Positions 58,763 through 64,000 of a stretch of 64,000 nucleotides of DNA are shown one piece after another. The notes under the pieces were generated by a model, which saw nothing but the letters and a program-made list of their open reading frames with translations, had not been told where the DNA came from and did not search any database. Source of the DNA: Deltaproteobacteria bacterium. GTDB taxonomy: Bacteria > Myxococcota_A > UBA9160 > UBA4427. Where the stretch lies: positions 1,051,035-1,115,034 of the forward strand of contig JADJOR010000002.1 in assembly GCA_016713665.1 (NCBI GenBank), in the 5' to 3' direction. A program made the translations under genes and the position numbers. The first letter of the stretch is position 1; every line of letters starts with the position of its first letter.

Positions 58763-59791
58763 TCAGGGGCTCGCGGCGGCGATGGGATGTCGCACCGTGC
58801 CCCCCGCACGGTCGAGCCCTTCACGTGAGCGAGCGTTCATGTCGATCAAGAGCGGCTCGCCGACCTTCACGAGCCGGCCTTCGCGGATGCGATCCGCCAG
58901 CACGAGGTCGGGGCTCGCGAGGACGACGATCGTCGAGCCCTGCTCGAACCAGCCGAGCTCCTGGCCCTTCTCGTAGCGCGCGTCGCAGGCGATCCGCGTC
59001 GGGCCGGCATAGCGGAGCCCGAGTGTCGAATCGAGGCAGTGCAGACGCAGCGTCGCCACACCGATCGCGGCGATCGCGACGAGGGTCAGGGCAGGTCCGG
59101 ACTCTTCCTGGCGATCGCGGCGATCGCGGCGATCGTGTCCATCGGCTCCGCGGCGCGGATCGACGCGCGGTTCGAGATGCGGCCCGAGAAGCGGTTCGAG
59201 TCGCAGCGGAATGACGGCGCGCTCGTTGCGGCAGAAGAGGCGCTCGACGCGGGCGAGGGCGATGGGGTTGACGTTCCAGGTATCGCCCGCGATGTGGATG
59301 ACCTCCGACACGCGACAGCGCGTCGGCGCGTGGAAGCGGTGGTACATCGTCGATTTGAGGCGGAGCGTGACGTAGCGGCCGCCCTGGTGGCGCCGCGCGA
59401 GGGCCTCGTCTCCGAGCAGGTCGGCGAGGGCGTAGTCGAGGTCCTTGGCCTGGATCAGGGTCCCCGCCTCGATGCGCCCGCAGGCGCCGACGATGGCGTC
59501 ACAGGGGCTGACGATCGTGTCGGGTGCGCTCGCGATGGGGCGCGCGCCGGGGCGAAGCTCCCGGATGAAGCAATCGCGCAGGCTGCGGAACTCGGTGGTG
59601 CGGGCCTCGGAGAAGTCGAGCTCCGGGGCGAACTGCTTCCAGACGGCGAGGGACGTTCCGACGACGAGCGGGCTCTCGATGCGACTCCACCAGCCGAGGA
59701 AGAGCGTCGCGAACCGCCGTGGGATCCGATTCGTCAGGAGGAAGTTGAGATCTTCCTGTTGCACGAGGCGTCCGATCATTCGCGTCCACAT
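58763..59791 (-). CDS. psd: Phosphatidylserine decarboxylase family protein (with low-complexity insert)
   Basis: LLTNRIPRR, SPCDA, MYHRFHAP and the self-cleavage context FEQGSTIVV. An Arg/Asp-rich insert of about 30 aa lies at 59060-59160. Confidence 0.75.
   Translation of the reverse strand: MWTRMIGRLVQQEDLNFLLTNRIPRRFATLFLGWWSRIESPLVVGTSLAVWKQFAPELDFSEARTTEFRSLRDCFIRELRPGARPIASAPDTIVSPCDAIVGACGRIEAGTLIQAKDLDYALADLLGDEALARRHQGGRYVTLRLKSTMYHRFHAPTRCRVSEVIHIAGDTWNVNPIALARVERLFCRNERAVIPLRLEPLLGPHLEPRVDPRRGADGHDRRDRRDRQEESGPALTLVAIAAIGVATLRLHCLDSTLGLRYAGPTRIACDARYEKGQELGWFEQGSTIVVLASPDLVLADRIREGRLVKVGEPLLIDMNARSREGLDRAGGTVRHPIAAASP
59110..59136. repeat. 9-bp tandem repeat ggcgatcgc x3 (encodes DRRDRRDR on the minus strand) inside psd
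   Basis: Read directly from the sequence. Two further copies of cgatcgcg(g/a) occur at 59061-59080. Confidence 0.8.
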
Positions 59792-60062
59792 CGCTCGCTG
59801 GATCGGCCAGAGCGACCTTCGCGAAGAGCGCGAGCGGGACGTGTGAAGGGACGGTCGCGAAGACTTCGCGGCGCCTTCCGGATCTCGTCACGCAATCCGC
59901 AACCGAACGACGCCACGCCCACCCCCCGGTCTTCGACGTCGGGAGGATGTCGGATGTCGGCGTCGCATTCACTGACGATTCGGCGATCGTCGTGTGACGG
60001 CGGGCGCGGAGATCGCCGCGATTGCGTGGCGATCGCGTGGACGCGACCGCGGGACCGCGCGC

Positions 60063-60635
60063 TCAGGATTCGGCGCGGGTCGCTTCGGACTCGGGCAAGC
60101 GCTCGGCGAAAGCGCCGAGGACGTAGTAGGCGGTCTCGAGCAGGGGCAGCACGAACCAATCGGGATGGGGATGGCGCAGCAGCAGGAACAGGCCCCAGAT
60201 CGAGAGGACGGTGCCGACGTATTGGGGATGGTCGAGGACCGAGTAGGGGAACTCCCGGCTCCACTCGACCGGGCGCCCGAATCGGTTGCCGTAGAAGACG
60301 CCGACGCGTCCGAGGCGCAGGAAGACGGCGACGTTGAGGATCTGGCCGATGAGGATCAGCGCGAGGGCGGCCCATCCGATCGGCGACGCCCAGTTGAAGG
60401 GCCAGCCCGTCTCGGCGCCGAAGCGCAGGCACCAGGCGGAGAAGACGACCAGCTGGACGCCCTTGAAGACGACGAAGAGCCGCTGCAGGGCATCGACGGG
60501 ATCACCCAGGCCCACACGTTCGCAGAGCGCTGCGTAGGTGGCCGGCCGACGATGGATCCACGCATAGGCGAAGCGTTCGATCGAGAGCAGGACAGCAGGC
60601 AGAAAGAGGTCACCCGGCTCCACAGGTATGGCCAC
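60063..60635 (-). CDS. PEMT/ICMT-like membrane methyltransferase (phospholipid N-methyltransferase family)
   Basis: Contains 4-5 TM helices. The C-terminal motif is FPYSVLDHPQYVGTVL...LLETAYYV, as in PEMT-type enzymes. Confidence 0.55.
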   Translation of the reverse strand: MAIPVEPGDLFLPAVLLSIERFAYAWIHRRPATYAALCERVGLGDPVDALQRLFVVFKGVQLVVFSAWCLRFGAETGWPFNWASPIGWAALALILIGQILNVAVFLRLGRVGVFYGNRFGRPVEWSREFPYSVLDHPQYVGTVLSIWGLFLLLRHPHPDWFVLPLLETAYYVLGAFAERLPESEATRAES

Positions 60636-60747
60636 TCCTCGAGTTCTTCGCGGGCGCGCGTCGTCGTCGAGGCGAGATATAGCGTACGGGGCGCGGAAGG
60701 TGGGGGGCTTGAGGGGATGTCGTCGCGGAGCTTCTGCCAGCCCTCGC

Positions 60748-62223
60748 TCATGCGCCCTCCCTCTTTCGGGTCGTCAGCGACGGACCGCTCAGCAGCCGCG
60801 TGAGCAGTCGATAGGTCTGCGCGCCGTAGGGCCACTGGGTCACGATCTTCCCCGCCGCATTCTTGAAGTAGTTCCGGCTCGTCGTCCAGGCGGTCCCGCG
60901 CATGCCGTCCTGCAGCCAGGCATGCCAGACGTCGGCCCAGAAGGGCTTGACCTCCGCCGCCGTCGTCCCCTCGCGCATCATGCGCTGGATCGCCCGCAGC
61001 GCGTGGCCGGATTGTGCGAGCAGCGAGGTCACGATCTCGCCCCCGTTGGTCCCCGGCCCGTACAGCATGAAGAAGTTCGGAAACCCGGGCACCGTCGTCC
61101 CGAGGAATCCCCGCGGCTCGTCGTTCCAGTATTCCTTCAGCGTCTGCCCGCCGACGCCGACGACCTCGACCCGCGCGAGATAGTTCGTCGGCTGGAAGCC
61201 CGTCGCCATCACGAGCACGTCGACCTTGCGCTCGGTCCCGTCGACGTCGACGATGCCGCTCGCCGTCACGCGGGCGACGGCGCGGGGGATCAGCTCGACG
61301 TTCGGGCGCTTCAGCGCCGGGTAGAAGTCCGAGCTGAAGATCGGCCGCTTGCCGGGATAGGCGTATTTCGGCGTGACCAGCGCCTTCAGATCCGGACGAT
61401 CGGCGAAGACCTCGTCGAGGTAGGCGAGGGCGGCGGCCTTGCCGAGCGTGTTGACCCGCGTGCCGGGCTTCCAGAAGTTGCCGCGCCAGGAGCTGTGCTC
61501 GATCGACCAGAAGCCCTTGATCCGCTCCCAGCGGTAGCGCAGCGGGCTGCGCCATTTCCTGCGCTCGTCGGGGGTGAAGTCGTGGTCGCCCTTGGGCAGG
61601 ACCCAGCCGGGCTCGCGTTGGAAGAGATGGAGACGCTTCACGATCGGCGCGATCGTCGGGACGATCTGGGTCGCGCTCGAGCCGGTGCCCACGATCGCGA
61701 CGGTCCGGCCGGCGAGATCATGCTGATGTTCCCAGCGCGCGGTATGGAATTTCGGGCCCTCGAAGCGCTCGAGACCCGGCCACGACGGATACTGCGGGAC
61801 GTTCAGGAAGCCGACGGCGGAGATGAGGACGTGGCAGACGAAGGTCTCGCCGTGGCCGAGCGAGAGCGTCCAGGCATGCGTCGATTCGTCCCAGGCCGCG
61901 CGCTCGACCGGGACGCCGAGGCGGATCTTCGGGGCGAGGCCGTAGTCGACGACGGTCTCTTCGAGATAGGCGTGGAGCTCCGCCTGCTTCGCGTGGGTCC
62001 GCGTCCAGTCGTGGCGCTTGAACGGGAAGGAGTACATGTGCGAGGGGACGTCGACCTCGCAGCCGGGATATTGGTTGTCCCACCAGGTCCCGCCGACCCG
62101 CGTCGAGGCCTCGAAGAGGGTGAAGTCCTGGATTCCGGCGTTCTGGAGCGTGATCGCGGCGGAGAGGCCCCCGAATCCCGCGCCGATGATGGCGACCGTA
62201 GGCGACTTGCTCTTGCCGAACAC
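60748..62223 (-). CDS. Flavin-dependent Baeyer-Villiger-type monooxygenase (class B)
   Basis: FAD motif IIGAGFGGL, NADPH motif IVGTGSSA, and BVMO fingerprint FEGPKFHTARW (FxGxxxHxxxW). Confidence 0.85.
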   Translation of the reverse strand: MFGKSKSPTVAIIGAGFGGLSAAITLQNAGIQDFTLFEASTRVGGTWWDNQYPGCEVDVPSHMYSFPFKRHDWTRTHAKQAELHAYLEETVVDYGLAPKIRLGVPVERAAWDESTHAWTLSLGHGETFVCHVLISAVGFLNVPQYPSWPGLERFEGPKFHTARWEHQHDLAGRTVAIVGTGSSATQIVPTIAPIVKRLHLFQREPGWVLPKGDHDFTPDERRKWRSPLRYRWERIKGFWSIEHSSWRGNFWKPGTRVNTLGKAAALAYLDEVFADRPDLKALVTPKYAYPGKRPIFSSDFYPALKRPNVELIPRAVARVTASGIVDVDGTERKVDVLVMATGFQPTNYLARVEVVGVGGQTLKEYWNDEPRGFLGTTVPGFPNFFMLYGPGTNGGEIVTSLLAQSGHALRAIQRMMREGTTAAEVKPFWADVWHAWLQDGMRGTAWTTSRNYFKNAAGKIVTQWPYGAQTYRLLTRLLSGPSLTTRKREGA

Positions 62224-62438
62224 GGGATTCCTCCGAGGTCGCGGGCGGGGCGCCCGTCGGATCCGATTCTCGCTCGCAGAATCCGATTCCGCGAGGGCCG
62301 GCGGGGCTGGACGCCGTTCGGCGGGGCTGGTCTTTCGCCGGGCGATCGAGTTTCATCTGCCGCCCGTGAGGGGGGCCGCCGTCGCCGTCCGCACGGCCCG
62401 CGCCCGCCCGAGGCCCGAGGCTCGAGGAGAGTCGACCC

Positions 62439-63822
62439 GTGAGATCGAGGCCCATCCGATCGATCGTGCTCGCGCTCTCGCTGCTCGCCGGCTTCGGCGG
62501 GAGCGGCTGCCGGACCTATTTCACCGTGAACGACGCGCTCACGCGGATCGAGCCGCGCACGGGCTACCGCGCCGATCGCCGCTGGTCGCCGGCGCGCTCG
62601 AACGAGCTGCTCGTCATCGTCGCGTTCTCGGGGGGCGGGACCCGGGCGGCCTCCTTCGCGTACGGCGTGCTCGAGGGGCTCGAGCGGACACGCATCTCGA
62701 TCGACGGTCGCACGGTCTCGCTCTTCGACGAGATCGACCACGTGACGGGTGTCTCCGGGGGGAGCTTCACGGCCGCCTATCTCGGGCTCCACGGCCGCGG
62801 GATCTTCGCCGACTTCGAGGAGCGCTTCCTGCGCCGGGACGTGCAGGGCGCCTGATCCTCCAGATGCTCACGCCCTGGAACTGGGTTCTCTTCGCGTCGC
62901 CCTTCTTCGAGCGCAGCGACATGATCGCCCGCTACTACGATCGCATCCTCTTCGAGGAAGCGACCTTCGCCGATCTCGCCGCGCGAAATGGTCCCTGATC
63001 CAGATCAACGCGACGGACCTCGCGACGGGCTCGCCCTTCTCCTTCATCCAGGACCAGTTCGACTTCACTCTGCTCGGATCTCTCTCGACCTATCCGATCT
63101 CGCGCGCGGTCGCGGCGTCGTCGGCGGTGCCCGGGCCGATGTCGCCGCTCACGCTGCGCAACTTCGCGGGACAGTGCGGCTTCGTGCCGCCGCCCTGGAT
63201 CGGCGAGGCGATCGCGTCGCAACGGACCTTCAGCCGCAACTACGTCAACGCCATGAACCTCGACTCCGATACCCGCCGCAAGGCGCGCCGCTTCATCCGG
63301 CTGATCGACGGCGGCGTCTCCGACAATCTCGGCGTCCGCGGTCCCTTCGAGAGCACGCTGCTCCAGCGCGCGCCGAGCGAGGTCGAGCGCGAAGAGCTCG
63401 GACCGCTCCGCCACATGGTCCTCGTGCTGGTCAACGCCGCGACGGCGCCCGAGGTTGAGTGGGAGGCGATCGACGCCGCGCCCGCGCTCTTCGACATCAT
63501 CGATCAGACGACGACCGTCCAGATCAACCGCTACACCCTCGAGACGATCGAGCTCCTGCGCGCGACCTTCGAGAGCTGGCAGGAGGTCGCCGCGACCTTT
63601 TCCGAGCCGGTCGGCTTTCACCTCGTCGAGGTCGACTTCACGAAGCCGGCGGATCCGGCGGAGCGCCTCTATCTGAACTCGCTCCCGACGAGCTTCCGCC
63701 TCGACGACGAGGCCGTCGATCGGCTGCGGGCGGCGGGACGCGACTCGCTCGAGGCGGATCCGGAGTTCCGTGCGCTCGTCGAGTCCCTCGGAGGACGGTC
63801 GCGGCCGGTCGGGGCCGAGTAG
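62439..63822 (+). pseudogene. Patatin-like phospholipase lipoprotein, two frameshifts
   Basis: Signal/lipobox LLAGFGGSGC, oxyanion motif FSGGGTRA, nucleophile GVSGGS, and catalytic Asp IDGGVSDNLG. The gene is spread over three frames (62439..62855, ..62998, ..63822), with switches at about 62850 and about 62995. Confidence 0.75.
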
Positions 63823-63833
63823 GCGCCGACGTC

Positions 63834-64000
63834 CTATTGGTCGTTTCTGGTCGGTCGGGCGAGTCCGCTTCCGCGCCGCCGGCTCGCGGCTGCGAGGGCA
63901 AGCGCCGCGAGGGCGAACGCCTCGAGGCCCGGCTCGGGGACGCGGACGATGCGGACGGCGTTGCTCGGTGCGCGCCCGATGTAGAGGCGAGCGCACCGCG
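63834..64000 (-). CDS. PEP-CTERM protein, C-terminal end only (gene continues beyond window)
   Basis: The minus-strand reading ends ...VRVPEPGLEAFALAALALAAASRRRGSGLARPTRNDQ* (stop at 63834-63836). Confidence 0.6.
   Translation of the reverse strand, partial: RCARLYIGRAPSNAVRIVRVPEPGLEAFALAALALAAASRRRGSGLARPTRNDQ

Noticed and set aside
59060-59140. Possible CRISPR-like or HIP1-like repeat (gcgatcgc copies)
   Set aside because: These are only 9-bp in-frame tandem copies inside psd, with no spacers. The abundance of cgatcg-type strings elsewhere is explained by codon usage (GAT/ATC/TCG/CGC) in a high-GC genome.

Overview
This is a very GC-rich (roughly 70%) bacterial chromosomal window. It is probably from a Gram-negative, PEP-CTERM/exosortase-bearing, sigma-54-using lineage (Myxococcota/Deltaproteobacteria-like or an uncultured relative; that placement is inference only).

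Housekeeping genes:
- tal-pgi-rpiA
- two hsp20 genes
- aroA
- serA-purA
- ygiQ
- ada/alkA
- an RNA m5U methyltransferase
- tRNA-Lys(UUU)

Accessory regions that stand out:
1. A tRNA-Lys-flanked island (about 41.2-49.4 kb). It carries a lipoprotein, a WRN-like DEDD-exonuclease-RecQ helicase, an adjacent and possibly fused UvrD-like helicase, and an AbiEi/AbiEii abortive-infection pair. The helicase pair is my best candidate for an undescribed (defence?) system.
2. A membrane-lipid-themed locus (about 53-64 kb) containing:
   - a PHP-GT4 glycosyltransferase fusion
   - a translationally coupled class-III aminotransferase
   - an Mpo1/DUF962-like protein
   - Psd
   - a PEMT-like methyltransferase
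   - a BVMO
   - a patatin
3. A lower-GC stretch (21.8-24.4 kb) of badly disrupted PEP-CTERM genes.
4. A PEP-CTERM / TPR-beta-barrel operon at the left edge.

Sequence quality is a concern. At least a dozen genes carry frameshifts, mostly at short homopolymer runs. A 61-nt poly-G tract and a G/C homopolymer block flank the 3' part of aroA. Consensus/assembly errors are therefore likely and must be excluded before any pseudogene or programmed-frameshift interpretation.

Many long ORFs in the six-frame track are stop-poor antisense or off-frame artefacts of high GC. All functional calls rest on motifs I recognise by eye; no searches were run. Hand-derived coordinates may be off by 1-2 nt.
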